64,000 nucleotides of DNA from Actinomycetota bacterium (GCA_041181555.1 JBEGPH010000001.1:4040-68039), one strand, 5' to 3'; counted from the first letter of the stretch, positions 42,521-53,242 are shown. A program made the numbers and translations. The notes: generated by a model not told the origin, from the sequence alone.

Positions 42521-44302
42521 TTACTGACCTAGGAAGTCCTTGAGTGCCTGTGCACGTGAAGGATGCTTTAGCTTTGACATCGTCTTTGCTTCGATTTGGC
42601 GAATTCGCTCGCGAGTAACTCCAAGGTCTTCACCAATTTGGTCGAGAGTTTTCGAAATGCCATCAACCAAGCCGTAGCGCGACTTGATAACAATCGCTTC
42701 GCGTTCGGTAAGGCCAGCGAGCAAACGCTCAATTTCTTCATTGCGAGCACGCGCCACAGATGCATCTACAGGAGACACGGCTTCGACGTCTTCAATTAAA
42801 TCGCCGAATTCGCTGTCGCCATCTTCACCAAGCGGAGTGGAAAGAGAAATAGGTTCGCGACCATATTTCTGAACCTCGACAACTTTTTCTGGAGTCATGT
42901 CTAGCTCGCGAGCAAGCTCTTCTGGAGATGGTTCACGGCCGAGATCCTGAAGCAGCTGACGCTGAACACGCGCGAGCTTATTGATAACTTCAACCATGTG
43001 AACCGGAATACGAATGGTACGAGCCTGGTCGGCCATGGCGCGTGTAATCGCCTGGCGAATCCACCAAGTTGCGTAGGTAGAGAACTTGTAACCCTTGGTG
43101 TAATCAAACTTTTCAACGGCGCGAATCAAACCAAGGTTTCCCTCTTGAATTAGATCCAAAAATTGCATTCCACGACCGGTGTATCGCTTTGCAAGTGACA
43201 CAACAAGACGAAGGTTGGCTTCAAGAAGGTGACTCTTGGCACGCTGTCCGTCCTTGACTACCCAACGAAGATCGCGCTCCATTTCTTTGCTCATCTTCTT
43301 GTCGGTCGCAAGCTTCTCTTCCGCAAACAAGCCAGCCTCAATGCGCTTTGCAAGATCTACTTCAAGCTCAGCATTTAGAAGCGCTACTTTTCCGATTTGC
43401 TTTAGATAGTCCTTTACCGGGTCAGCGGTAGCACCGGTAATCGAAGTTGTCTGAACCGGAATGTCATCGTCATCTTTGTGACTAATGATTAGCGCATCTT
43501 CAGGAAGATCAGCCGGCTTTTCTGAATGATCTTCTTCGACGTCTGGGGTGACTTCATCTTCTGCGGTTAGGTCGACAGCAGAAACTGCCTCAGCAACAAT
43601 CTCTTCAACCGGCTCTAGGTCTTCTTCGTCTAGTTCCTCGTCGTCTTCGTCATCCAGGCTCGCCTTTTTGCCGCCCTTGATTGCCTTGGTCGGTTTCTCT
43701 TTGTTTACAGGCTTGTTTTTCGAAGCCGGACCGGTGCTCTTGGCGGCCTTGGGTACTGGCTTGGCAGCCGCCTTAGTGCCTGGCTTGGTAGCGGCGACTT
43801 TCTTTGTGGCCGGCTTAGCCGAAGCCTTTGCAGCTGGCTTGGATGCGGCTTTTGCGGCCGGCTTTGCAGCAGGCTTGGCACTTGGCTTGGAGGAAACCTT
43901 TGAAGCAGGCTTAGTGGTTGTCGCTTTTTTAGCGGCTGGCTTAGCGGCCGGTTTTGCAGCAGAAGTTTTTTTGGCGGCTGGCTTAGCAGCAGCCTTCGAT
44001 GCTGGCTTAGCAGCCGCTACCTTCTTGGCCGCTGGCTTAGCAGCAGGCTTGGCAGCGGTTTTAGCCGCTTGCTTGGCTGGCGCGGCTTTTTTTGCCACTG
44101 GCTTCGCGGCTGGCTTAGCCGCTGACTTGGTTGCTGCCTTGGCAGGAGCGGCTTTCTTGGCGGCAGGCTTTGGTGCGGCCTTTTTTGCTGGAGTGCTAAT
44201 GGCTTTGCTTTCCGGTGTTGTGGCTTGTGGCTTAGTCTTCGAATTGCCTAGCAACCCGGTGAGGAAGCCGCGCTTCTTGCCGCTGTCAGTTGCTTTAGCC
44301 AT
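42521..44302 (-). CDS. sigA: Principal RNA polymerase sigma factor (SigA/HrdB)
   Basis: [50 protein letters not shown]; start ATG 44302 after GGAGG. Confidence 0.95.
   Translation of the reverse strand: MAKATDSGKKRGFLTGLLGNSKTKPQATTPESKAISTPAKKAAPKPAAKKAAPAKAATKSAAKPAAKPVAKKAAPAKQAAKTAAKPAAKPAAKKVAAAKPASKAAAKPAAKKTSAAKPAAKPAAKKATTTKPASKVSSKPSAKPAAKPAAKAASKPAAKASAKPATKKVAATKPGTKAAAKPVPKAAKSTGPASKNKPVNKEKPTKAIKGGKKASLDDEDDEELDEEDLEPVEEIVAEAVSAVDLTAEDEVTPDVEEDHSEKPADLPEDALIISHKDDDDIPVQTTSITGATADPVKDYLKQIGKVALLNAELEVDLAKRIEAGLFAEEKLATDKKMSKEMERDLRWVVKDGQRAKSHLLEANLRLVVSLAKRYTGRGMQFLDLIQEGNLGLIRAVEKFDYTKGYKFSTYATWWIRQAITRAMADQARTIRIPVHMVEVINKLARVQRQLLQDLGREPSPEELARELDMTPEKVVEVQKYGREPISLSTPLGEDGDSEFGDLIEDVEAVSPVDASVARARNEEIERLLAGLTEREAIVIKSRYGLVDGISKTLDQIGEDLGVTRERIRQIEAKTMSKLKHPSRAQALKDFLGQ
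43680..44200 (-). repeat. Degenerate Pro-Ala-Ala-Lys-(Lys) coding repeats in the sigma N-terminus
   Basis: Many [11 protein letters not shown] units in the translation; GGCTT(A/G)GC repeats on the + strand. Confidence 0.85.
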
Positions 44303-44464
44303 CGAAAACCTCCAGGTTTGGGGTGAAACGGGCATAACTTGGACCCATGTCAAGTCCTTGCGGATTGACTGGGTCTGCTCTGCAATTATGCCATGAACTA
44401 GCCGATATCGGCTAATTGACGCACCTTTACACTCATTACAACAAAAATACGGTTCGTTTATTCC

Positions 44465-45718
44465 TTACAACGCAACTGCCGACTTGGTCTTGCGATACTC
44501 GAACAAAAACATCACGATCCCGAACAAAAGGACGATTACTTGAGTAGCCATTGCCCATCGAAAACCTTGAAAGGTAAAAGGAGTCGATGATCCGGTTTGT
44601 GACTGAACTAGATCGAGAACCCAACCCGCAATTGCCATCATGATGAAAGTGGCAGCATGACCACCTACGTTGATAAAACCGTTTGCCGATCCTCGACGTT
44701 CAGCAGGGATTATGACTCGAGAAAAGTCCATTGCAATCATTGAGGCTGGTGCTCCGCTGGCGATGCTCGCAACGACTAGTAGTAACAACCAGACCGGTGC
44801 TTGACTAGGCAAGAAAGCCAGCAGCAACCAACTTCCCGCTTGCAAAAAACCCACTGAAAGAAAAATTGGTACTCGCCAGTGCTTTCGATGAACCACTATT
44901 TGCCCAAGCAACAAACCCAGGATTACACCGAAGGCGAATTGAATAAACAACATGGTCGAAGCGAAGGCCGCAGTCTGACCTTGCCCCTTTATGAGAAATG
45001 GCACTCCCCAGAAAATAGCGAACACGGTTCCAGAAGACTGTGAGACAAACATGATCCAGAAGCACATTCTTGCTCCAGAAAACTTTAGATTCACGCCGAG
45101 TTGTTCAATTGATTTTCGAAGCGTAAGACCAGAGTGATGACGAACACCCGGTGGAGCGTCCGTTCGGATTGCTAGAAGTACTACTACCCCACCAAGAAGA
45201 GCAATCATTGCGGCAAAGCTAAAAGCGGTCTGCCAACCAGCCAGCGCTAGAAGCATTGCAAAAGGCACTGCAGCAAGAATCTGTCCAAATTGCCCAACGT
45301 TGGTCATGACTAATTGCAACTTTCCTGCGCGTTGCGGCTGATTCCAATCTTGAATGAGACGAAGCATTGAGACAAAAGTTGCCGAATCGCCGACACCAAC
45401 AAGTATGCGACCTAGATATGCGAGACCGATTTGATCTGCCTGGGCAACCACAAATTGACCAATCATCATTAGCAATGCACCGCTAATTAGAAGAATTCTC
45501 GGTCCGAATTTATCGAGAAGAACACCAACCGGAATCTGCATTGCTGCGTAAACCATCACCTGAAAAACAACCAGAGCGCCGAGCGCCGAAGCGCCAACGC
45601 CGAACTGCTCGGCGGCCGGGATTGCAGCAGCAGCAAGTGAACCGCGGGTAAAGACTGAAAGTACGTAAGCGAGTGTTGTCGCCGCCATCACAACGCCGGA
45701 GTGGCGATGCTTAGTCAC
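44465..45718 (-). CDS. MFS transporter
   Basis: About 12 TM helices, GVLLDKFGPR motif A, GRILVG.G. Confidence 0.9.
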   Translation of the reverse strand: MTKHRHSGVVMAATTLAYVLSVFTRGSLAAAAIPAAEQFGVGASALGALVVFQVMVYAAMQIPVGVLLDKFGPRILLISGALLMMIGQFVVAQADQIGLAYLGRILVGVGDSATFVSMLRLIQDWNQPQRAGKLQLVMTNVGQFGQILAAVPFAMLLALAGWQTAFSFAAMIALLGGVVVLLAIRTDAPPGVRHHSGLTLRKSIEQLGVNLKFSGARMCFWIMFVSQSSGTVFAIFWGVPFLIKGQGQTAAFASTMLFIQFAFGVILGLLLGQIVVHRKHWRVPIFLSVGFLQAGSWLLLAFLPSQAPVWLLLLVVASIASGAPASMIAMDFSRVIIPAERRGSANGFINVGGHAATFIMMAIAGWVLDLVQSQTGSSTPFTFQGFRWAMATQVIVLLFGIVMFLFEYRKTKSAVAL

Positions 45719-46637
45719 TGGCTGGATCTTCGTTGCTCTGCTTTCGCTTCAGAGATAGATAGTCCTCAAGCTCGGCAGCTATCTCATCTGCACTAGGAAC
45801 AGCGGTCTCCAAGCGGGTTATCTTCGGGTTGAAAGTACCCGACTGGTCGCTGTTGTAGCCGCTTTCCAGAGTCGAAACCATTTTTGCCAATTCCGGATTC
45901 TCAGAAATATTTTTGGTGATCTCTTGCGTGAACTTGATACCTTCTTCGCGCAAGGTGTCGGTAGGAAAAACCAAGCCGGTAGCAGCGGTGATTCTTTCAA
46001 ATGCCGCCACCGCAGCCTGTGGATACTCGACATCGCTCAAGTAATGCGGAACCAGCATCACGAAACCAGCAGATGGAATATCTTCTTGAGTGAATCGGAA
46101 TTCGAGTAAGTGAAGCACGTTTCCTGGAACCTGAGTCTGCGGCTTCCATTCCGAAACTGCATCGATGAGATCTTTGCGATTACCTGAAACTGTCACGCTA
46201 ATTGGTCGTGTGTGTGGAACTGGGAATGGAATTGAATGCACCCACGTGAAATCTAGTACTTCAAAAATGTCGACAATCTCCAAGACCGCATCAACAAATG
46301 CATCCCACTTAAAATCTGGTTCGTAACCGTGGAGATAAAGGAATTTCTGACCTACCTCGTCTGTGACTAGATACAGCGCCAGAACTTGAGGTTCATATGA
46401 TGCGATGTGATCTTTTTCGAAAAACATCACCGGACGCCGTGAACGGTAATCGAGGAGTTCATCGTTTTCAAACATCGCAACAACTCGGTAATCAAGTTTC
46501 TCGAAAATATGATTTCCAAGTTGAGAAATGGTTGAGCCCGAATCGGTGAAACCAGTTAGGCCGGCAATGAGATGTAGGCCGCGAGGCACGTCGAAATCGT
46601 CATCGTGCAATTCATACAACTCGCTTGGATTAACCAC
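45711..46637 (-). CDS. PAC2 family (proteasome assembly chaperone-like) protein
   Basis: GFTDSG, DYRSRRP, EPDFKW, VPHTRP, VPHYL. Confidence 0.88.
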   Translation of the reverse strand: MVNPSELYELHDDDFDVPRGLHLIAGLTGFTDSGSTISQLGNHIFEKLDYRVVAMFENDELLDYRSRRPVMFFEKDHIASYEPQVLALYLVTDEVGQKFLYLHGYEPDFKWDAFVDAVLEIVDIFEVLDFTWVHSIPFPVPHTRPISVTVSGNRKDLIDAVSEWKPQTQVPGNVLHLLEFRFTQEDIPSAGFVMLVPHYLSDVEYPQAAVAAFERITAATGLVFPTDTLREEGIKFTQEITKNISENPELAKMVSTLESGYNSDQSGTFNPKITRLETAVPSADEIAAELEDYLSLKRKQSNEDPASD

Positions 46638-46671
46638 CTATTTATTCTAAGAGCGGGTTTAGAGTGATGCC

Positions 46672-48147
46672 ATGGCCAAGCATTTGATAAAGGTTGCCCC
46701 AGTCGCACCGAAGCTAAACAAAGAATCTGTTGTCGTAGTTGCCCTCACCGAAAAGAATTCGAAGCTTTCGGTAACTCCCAATTTGATCGAGCTCGGCTTG
46801 ACCGCTGAGCACGACCTGGCGCGACTTGGCGCAAAAAACGGCCCGGACGCCATAACTCGCGTGCCTGGACCAAATGGTTCGATAATCGCACTCATCGGTG
46901 GTTACAAGCCGGGTGACCTTGACTCGATTCGCTATGCAGGTGGAGTAATCGGGCGGAGTCTCAGTGAATTCCGCCAGATTTTCATAGACATCCCAGTGAA
47001 AGACGAGAATGAGGCCACTGCCCTACTGGAGGGATATGCAATTGGTCACTACAGCTACGACAGCTATAAGTCGACTGCAAAGAAGCTACCGGCACAAAAT
47101 TGCACATTGCTTACCAAGGTGAAAGTGAAGCCTGCGACCATAACTCGAGTTGAGATTTTGAGCAACGCCGTACACGACACTCGAGACCTAGTTTCAATGC
47201 CAGCTAACGACTTATACCCACAGAGCTTCGTCAGCGCAGTAAACAAATTGGTTCGCGGCGCAAAACTCACCGTTACGGTGCTTGACGAGAAAAAGCTGGC
47301 AGCCGGAGGATTCGGAGGTTTGGTTGGAGTGGGCAAGGGTTCAGTTCGACCACCGAGATTGGTCAAACTCGAATACAAGCCAACCGGAGCCAAATTCAAG
47401 TTGGCTTTGGTCGGCAAGGGCATTACCTACGACACCGGTGGCTTGTCACTAAAGCCTGCGGCTTCGATGCTCGGAATGAAATACGACATGACCGGTGCTG
47501 CCACTATTTTGAACGCGATTATCGCGATTGCACGACTGAAGGTAAAGGTGCACACCACTGCATACCTTTGTCTTGCCGAAAACATGCCTTCGGGCACCGC
47601 TACGCGCCCTGGCGATGTAATCAAGGTGCGAAACGGCAAGACCATTGAAGTAACCAATACCGATGCAGAAGGTCGTCTCGTACTGGCGGATGGTCTATCA
47701 CTTGCAAGTGAGGCCCACCCTGATCTCATCGTTGATGTGGCAACCCTTACCGGAGCGCAGCGAATTGCACTTGGCGCTCGCTACGCCGGACTTATGGGCG
47801 ATGACAAAGCTGTAGAAACTGTACTGAAAGCTGCGAAAACCGCCGGCGAACTTGCCTGGCACATGCCGATGCCAGAAGAGTTGCGCAGTCTCATGAATTC
47901 AGACATCGCGGATCTGCAGAACGCTAAAGTAGGCAACACCGCGGGTGGCATGCTGTTTGGCGGAATTTTCCTTCGTGAGTTCATCGGTAAAAAGAGCGCA
48001 AATTCGAGCCAAACAATCGATTGGGCTCACCTCGATATTGCCGGGCCTGCCGATAACGATGGTGCTGGCTACGGTTACATCCCTAGAGGGGCATCTGGTT
48101 CATACGTCAGGACACTTATTACTATCGCTGAACAGTGCGCTAAGTAA
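46672..48147 (+). CDS. pepA: Leucyl aminopeptidase (M17)
   Basis: VGKGITYDTGG, MKYDM.GAA, NTDAEGRL, WAHLDIAG. Confidence 0.95.
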   Translation: MAKHLIKVAPVAPKLNKESVVVVALTEKNSKLSVTPNLIELGLTAEHDLARLGAKNGPDAITRVPGPNGSIIALIGGYKPGDLDSIRYAGGVIGRSLSEFRQIFIDIPVKDENEATALLEGYAIGHYSYDSYKSTAKKLPAQNCTLLTKVKVKPATITRVEILSNAVHDTRDLVSMPANDLYPQSFVSAVNKLVRGAKLTVTVLDEKKLAAGGFGGLVGVGKGSVRPPRLVKLEYKPTGAKFKLALVGKGITYDTGGLSLKPAASMLGMKYDMTGAATILNAIIAIARLKVKVHTTAYLCLAENMPSGTATRPGDVIKVRNGKTIEVTNTDAEGRLVLADGLSLASEAHPDLIVDVATLTGAQRIALGARYAGLMGDDKAVETVLKAAKTAGELAWHMPMPEELRSLMNSDIADLQNAKVGNTAGGMLFGGIFLREFIGKKSANSSQTIDWAHLDIAGPADNDGAGYGYIPRGASGSYVRTLITIAEQCAK

Positions 48148-48224
48148 CAATGCCAAGGGCTCGTAGCCCTATTTCTCGGTAGTAAAGTTGGAACGTTCGC
48201 TTATTTTCTGTATGGGAGTCTGTC

Positions 48225-49601
48225 TTGGCCGAGCACAATTTTGATCTAGTAATTCTCGGTGGCGGTAGCGGTGGATATGCCGCTGCACTTCGTTCAGCAC
48301 AACTGGGTAAATCAGTTGCTCTTATTGAGAAGGACAAACTCGGCGGTACATGTTTGCACCGCGGTTGCATCCCTACCAAGGCTCTTTTGCACGCTGCCGA
48401 GGTAGCAGACGTTGTCAAGGATGCAAGTCACTACGGAATTAACGCTCAGTTCGGTTCAATCGACATGAATGTAGTGAACACCTACCGTGATGGAATCGTA
48501 GACCGACTATTCAAGGGTCTCACTGGACTGGTCAATTCAAAGAACGTCACTGTAGTAGCGGGCGAAGGCAAGTTAGTCGGACCAAAAACCATTCAGGTTG
48601 GCGGCGACACCTACACCGGCACCAACGTAATCCTCGCTTCTGGTTCTTACTCGCGTTCACTTCCGGGCTTGGAAATCGGTGGCCGCGTAATCACTTCTGA
48701 ACACGCGCTTCAGATGACATTCGTACCAAACAAAGTGATTGTTCTTGGTGGTGGAGTAATCGGTGTCGAGTTCGCTTCTATCTGGCGTTCTTTTGGCACC
48801 GAAGTAACCATCATCGAAGGTCTTCCAAACTTGGTACCAAATGAAGATGCTGCTGTAAGTAAGGCGCTTGAGCGCGCCTTCCGCAAGCGCGGTATCGAAT
48901 TCAAGACCGGAGTTCGTTTCTCAGGCGTTGAACAGCACGAAAACGGCGTCGTAGTTTCACTTGAATCAGGTGAAAAACTCGAAGCAGAACTTCTCCTTGT
49001 TGCTGTAGGTCGCGGACCAAACACTGCAGGTCTGGGTTATGAGGAAAACGGAATCGCAATGGATCGCGGATACGTTCTTACTAACGAGCGTCTTCAGACC
49101 AGTGTTCCTGGCGTTTATGCAGCGGGAGACATCGTTCCTGGCTTGCAGTTGGCGCACCGAGGATTCCAGCAGGGAATCTTCATCGCCGAAGAGATCGCGG
49201 GTCTAAACCCAGCAGTGATCGACGAGTCTGGTATTCCTAAGGTCACCTATTGCGAGCCAGAAATTGCTTCGGTTGGCCTCTCAGAAGCGAAGGCAGCTGA
49301 GAAATTTGGTGCCGACAACATTTCGACTTACGAATACAACCTTGGTGGAAACGGTAAGAGTCAAATTCTTGGCACTGCAGGCTTCATCAAACTAATCCGT
49401 CAAAACAACGGACCTGTTGTTGGAGTTCACATGATTGGTTCTCGCGTTGGCGAACAGATCGGTGAAGCTCAACTCATCGTCAACTGGGAAGCATATCCAG
49501 AAGACGTTGCAACTCTTATCCACGCCCACCCGACCATGAACGAAGCCATCGGCGAAGCTCACCTTGCTCTTGCCGGCAAGCCACTTCACGCACACGCTTA
49601 A
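48225..49601 (+). CDS. lpdA: Dihydrolipoamide dehydrogenase
   Basis: GGGSGG, GGTCLHRGCIP, HAHPTMNE. Confidence 0.96.
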   Translation: MAEHNFDLVILGGGSGGYAAALRSAQLGKSVALIEKDKLGGTCLHRGCIPTKALLHAAEVADVVKDASHYGINAQFGSIDMNVVNTYRDGIVDRLFKGLTGLVNSKNVTVVAGEGKLVGPKTIQVGGDTYTGTNVILASGSYSRSLPGLEIGGRVITSEHALQMTFVPNKVIVLGGGVIGVEFASIWRSFGTEVTIIEGLPNLVPNEDAAVSKALERAFRKRGIEFKTGVRFSGVEQHENGVVVSLESGEKLEAELLLVAVGRGPNTAGLGYEENGIAMDRGYVLTNERLQTSVPGVYAAGDIVPGLQLAHRGFQQGIFIAEEIAGLNPAVIDESGIPKVTYCEPEIASVGLSEAKAAEKFGADNISTYEYNLGGNGKSQILGTAGFIKLIRQNNGPVVGVHMIGSRVGEQIGEAQLIVNWEAYPEDVATLIHAHPTMNEAIGEAHLALAGKPLHAHA

Positions 49602-49622
49602 TAAACAGGAGCATAGAAAAAA

Positions 49623-50999
49623 ATGAGCGAATCAGTTGTACTTCCAGCGCTGGGTGAAAGCGTAACCGAGGGTACTGTCACCCGTTGGTTGAAAAAAGTT
49701 GGCGACACTGTTGCTGTTGATGAACCTCTGGTTGAAGTTTCAACCGACAAGGTAGACACCGAGATCCCTTCACCTGTTGCAGGTGTGATCGAACAAATTT
49801 TGGTACAGGAAGATGAGACCGTTCAGGTCGGTGCAGTGCTAGCAATAATCGGAAGTGGTTCGGGCGCAGCTGCTGCTCCTGCTGCCCCAGCCGCAGAACC
49901 TACCCCGGCACCAGCTCCTGCAGCTGTCACACCTCCACCTGCAGCACCAGCTCCGGTAGCTGCTCCGGTAGCTGCTCCGGTAGCAGCTCCAGTGGCGGCT
50001 CCAGTGGCAGCACCAGCGCCTGTTGTGACCCCAGCTCCAATTGCAGCTCCAGTGGCATCAAACAGTGATGCTGGTTACGTAACCCCATTGGTTCGAAAGC
50101 TAGCCAATGAAAACGGAATCGATCTTCACAATGTGAGCGGCACCGGTGTAGGCGGGCGAATTCGCAAGGAAGACGTCCTCGCCGCAACTGGCGGTAGCGC
50201 AACAGCAGCACCGGTCTACGCAGCACCGGTGGCAGCCCCAGTTACTTCTTCATCTCCGCACGTAGCCGCTTCAGCTTCTGCGCTTCGCGGAACTACTGAG
50301 CCGATGTCGCGACTACGTAAGGTTCTCGCAGAGCGCGCAGTGGCTTCGATGCAGGCAACTGCACAGTTGACCACCGTGGTAGAGGTTGATGTCACTCGCA
50401 TCGCAAACCTTCGCGCTGCGGTTCAGCCTGCTTTCGTTGCAGCAACCGGTGGCAAGTTGAACTTCATGCCATTCTTCGCACTCGCCGCAGCCGAAGCATT
50501 GCGCGCACACCCTAAGCTCAATGCAACAATCGATGGCGAGAATATCGTTTACCATCCGACCGAAAACATCAGCTTCGCTGTTGACACTGAGAAGGGTCTT
50601 CTCACTCCGGTAATTCGCGACGCTTCAACTTTGAACATTACTCAGATCGCCGGACAGATTGCAGACCTTGCGGCACGCACTCGTAACAACCAACTGAAGC
50701 CTGATGAGTTGGGTGGTGGCACATTCACATTGACCAACACCGGCTCACGCGGAGCATTGTTCGACACTCCAGTAGTGTTCCTACCTCAGGTTGCAATCTT
50801 GGGTACCGGTGTTGTCACCAAGCGTCCTGTGGTTTTTGCAGGAGCAGACGGCCAGGACACCATTGCAATTCGTAGCATGGTTTACCTCGCGCTTTCATAC
50901 GACCACAGACTCGTAGACGGCGCAGATGCAAGTCGTTTCTTGGTCGATGTAAAGACTCGACTCGAGGAAGCAAACTTCTCAGCGAACCTGGGTATTTAG
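49623..50999 (+). CDS. sucB: 2-oxoacid dehydrogenase E2 (SucB/DlaT), single lipoyl domain
   Basis: STDKVDTE lipoyl-Lys, PSBD GTGVGGRIRKEDV, SYDHRLVDG. Confidence 0.93.
   Translation: MSESVVLPALGESVTEGTVTRWLKKVGDTVAVDEPLVEVSTDKVDTEIPSPVAGVIEQILVQEDETVQVGAVLAIIGSGSGAAAAPAAPAAEPTPAPAPAAVTPPPAAPAPVAAPVAAPVAAPVAAPVAAPAPVVTPAPIAAPVASNSDAGYVTPLVRKLANENGIDLHNVSGTGVGGRIRKEDVLAATGGSATAAPVYAAPVAAPVTSSSPHVAASASALRGTTEPMSRLRKVLAERAVASMQATAQLTTVVEVDVTRIANLRAAVQPAFVAATGGKLNFMPFFALAAAEALRAHPKLNATIDGENIVYHPTENISFAVDTEKGLLTPVIRDASTLNITQIAGQIADLAARTRNNQLKPDELGGGTFTLTNTGSRGALFDTPVVFLPQVAILGTGVVTKRPVVFAGADGQDTIAIRSMVYLALSYDHRLVDGADASRFLVDVKTRLEEANFSANLGI
49950..50009 (+). repeat. 5 x 12-bp tandem repeat encoding APVA in the E2 linker
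   Basis: GCTCCGGTAGCT x2, GCTCCGGTAGCA, GCTCCAGTGGCG, GCTCCAGTGGCA. Confidence 0.85.
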
Positions 51000-51005
51000 A
51001 AATCC

Positions 51006-51048
51006 AAAAAGAATTGACCCCTGTTATTTTCGGGGGTCAATTTTTTTT
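51006..51048. terminator. Intrinsic terminator after sucB (likely bidirectional)
   Basis: AATTGACCCCTG / CGGGGGTCAATT stem followed by a T run; A run upstream. Confidence 0.88.
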
Positions 51049-51530
51049 ATGCGTAAGACACCTGAATCCATACTTGCGATAAACGCCCCTGAAATTTTCT
51101 CATTGTGACAGGTTGCATCAAAATTGAAGGCCTCGATATTTCCACTCGAAGCAACTGGCTTTAACCTAAGTAACCAATCTCCCGAGGAGTAGAGATTATC
51201 TTGTTGCGTAATCGGGGTACCGACCTCAATCGGAATGCAAGTTTGGGGTTTCTGACTTAACATTGGAGCGCTTGGTTTCGCTCGAGGAATCAGGGCAAAA
51301 ATGCAGACTGAAACAACCAGCGCAATTGCTAGGACTGGCAGAAATAGAAATCCCCTGCCACTCGGATGTTGGGTGGCTAGCAACACTCGACGGGTACCGA
51401 TTTTCACGGGCCTAACTTGCAGCCCAGACTCCTGAGCCTTATGCATTGAAATTGGCCAACTCTGCCAGAGCTGGTTTACCCGAATAGTGTGGGAAACTCC
51501 AGCGTCTAGGTAGATCTGCTTGAGTGACAT
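51024..51530 (-). CDS. Hypothetical single-TM protein
   Basis: 168-aa ORF filling the sucB-lipB gap; hydrophobic FLFLPVLAIALVVSVCIFALIP; no family recognised. Confidence 0.6.
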   Translation of the reverse strand: MSLKQIYLDAGVSHTIRVNQLWQSWPISMHKAQESGLQVRPVKIGTRRVLLATQHPSGRGFLFLPVLAIALVVSVCIFALIPRAKPSAPMLSQKPQTCIPIEVGTPITQQDNLYSSGDWLLRLKPVASSGNIEAFNFDATCHNEKISGAFIASMDSGVLRIKKIDPRK

Positions 51531-51620
51531 CCTTCCATTGAATTACCTGGACATCTTGTATTGATGCTCGGATTGAATACTGGGGAATAAATGACCGGCT
51601 TGTGGATTTAAACTAGAGCA

Positions 51621-52253
51621 ATGCCAAGCTTTGAAGTCTTAGGACTATCCCCTAACTTCGTAGATTACGAAGCTGCCTGGCAACTTCAAAAGTCGGTTCA
51701 CAGCCGCGTGGCCAAGGGCGAAATCAGCGACACAGTGCTGTTGCTCGAACACGCCTCAGTATTTACCGCTGGAAAACGAACCGAAGACGATGAGCGGCCA
51801 ATGGATGGCACGCCGGTAATAGACGTTGATCGTGGTGGAAAAATCACCTGGCACGGCCCAGGACAGCTTGTTGGCTACCCAATCATGAAACTCCCTGAGC
51901 CAATCGACGTGGTCGGTTATGTCCGATGGCTCGAGCAAGTATTAATCAATGCCATTGCAGAGTTTGGCGTAGTTGGAGAACGGGTGGGCGGACGCAGCGG
52001 AGTTTGGGTAAGTGTTGATGGCGCCTACGAGAAGGTAGCGGCAATCGGCATCCGCGTGGCTGAAAAAGTGACTATGCACGGTTTCGCTCTTAACTGCAAC
52101 AATTCACTCCAACCGTATGAGACGATTATTGCCTGCGGTATCCGCGATGCAAAGACGACAACACTTTCGCTGCAAGCTGGGCGAGAAATCACACCGGCTA
52201 TGGCCGTTGAGGTAATCGAAAGACACCTTGGCGAGATTGAATTGAGACGATGA
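51621..52253 (+). CDS. lipB: Octanoyltransferase
   Basis: [35 protein letters not shown]. Confidence 0.95.
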   Translation: MPSFEVLGLSPNFVDYEAAWQLQKSVHSRVAKGEISDTVLLLEHASVFTAGKRTEDDERPMDGTPVIDVDRGGKITWHGPGQLVGYPIMKLPEPIDVVGYVRWLEQVLINAIAEFGVVGERVGGRSGVWVSVDGAYEKVAAIGIRVAEKVTMHGFALNCNNSLQPYETIIACGIRDAKTTTLSLQAGREITPAMAVEVIERHLGEIELRR

Positions 52254-53242
52254 ACGAGAGACCAGAGCGCAAACTCCTGCGCCTCGAAGTGCGAAATGCA
52301 TCGGTACCGATTGAGAAGAAGCCCGAGTGGATTAAGACCACCGCAAAAATGGGTCCGGAATATCAGGCCCTTCAGTCACTGGTGAAATCAGAAGGTCTTC
52401 ACACGGTTTGCCAAGAGGCCGGATGTCCGAACATTTTCGAGTGCTGGGAAGACCGTGAAGCGACATTCTTGATTGGTGGATCCCAGTGCACTCGTCGATG
52501 CGATTTCTGCCAGATAGACACCGGTAAACCTGCCGATTTAGATACCGACGAGCCAAGGCGAGTTGGCGAGTCGGTAAAGTCGATGCAATTGCGCTACGCA
52601 ACAGTTACCGGCGTAGCTCGAGATGACCTAGAGGACGAAGGTAGTTGGCTCTACGCCGAAACCATTCGGCAAATTCATGAACAATCTCCGGGCACCGGTG
52701 TGGAAATCTTGGTTCCTGATTTTTCTGGAAACCCAATCCACTTGCAGAAGGTTTTCGATGCCGCACCAGAAGTTTTTGCCCACAACGTTGAAACTGTGCC
52801 GAGAATTTTCAAGCAGATTCGACCTGCTTTCCGTTACGAACGCTCACTCGACGTAATCACCCAGGCTCGCAACTTCGGCTTGGTTACTAAGTCGAATCTG
52901 ATTCTGGGAATGGGTGAAACTTCAGACGAAATCATCCAGGCTCTTCGAGACCTTCACGATGCAGGCACAGATATTGTGACAATCACGCAGTACCTGCGAC
53001 CGACTCCAAGACACCATCCGGTAGACCGTTGGGTCAAACCTCAGGAGTTCGTTGAATTTGCAAAAATAGCCGAGGAAATTGGCTTCCTCGGTGTGTTGAG
53101 CGGTCCACTGGTTCGAAGTTCGTATCGAGCAGGAAGACTTTGGGCGGCTTCGATGCAGAAAAAGGGTCGCGAGATTCCGGCACACCTGCAACACCTAGCC
53201 GATGCCGCGGCTCGTGATGGCTTCAGCCAAGCAGTTCACTAA
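52250..53242 (+). CDS. lipA: Lipoyl synthase
   Basis: [24 protein letters not shown]. Confidence 0.97.
   Translation: MNERPERKLLRLEVRNASVPIEKKPEWIKTTAKMGPEYQALQSLVKSEGLHTVCQEAGCPNIFECWEDREATFLIGGSQCTRRCDFCQIDTGKPADLDTDEPRRVGESVKSMQLRYATVTGVARDDLEDEGSWLYAETIRQIHEQSPGTGVEILVPDFSGNPIHLQKVFDAAPEVFAHNVETVPRIFKQIRPAFRYERSLDVITQARNFGLVTKSNLILGMGETSDEIIQALRDLHDAGTDIVTITQYLRPTPRHHPVDRWVKPQEFVEFAKIAEEIGFLGVLSGPLVRSSYRAGRLWAASMQKKGREIPAHLQHLADAAARDGFSQAVH

Noticed and set aside
43548-44396. 282-aa Ala/Gly/Leu/Phe-rich ORF on the + strand
   Set aside because: Antisense shadow of the sigA PAKK repeats; the low-complexity sequence lacks stops on the other strand.
45711-46637. PAC2 protein as evidence of a novel proteasome system
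   Set aside because: Widespread conserved actinobacterial gene in its usual position next to pepA.
49860-50060. Ala/Pro tandem repeats as a CRISPR or contingency locus
   Set aside because: In-frame flexible linker normal for E2 subunits; no spacers.
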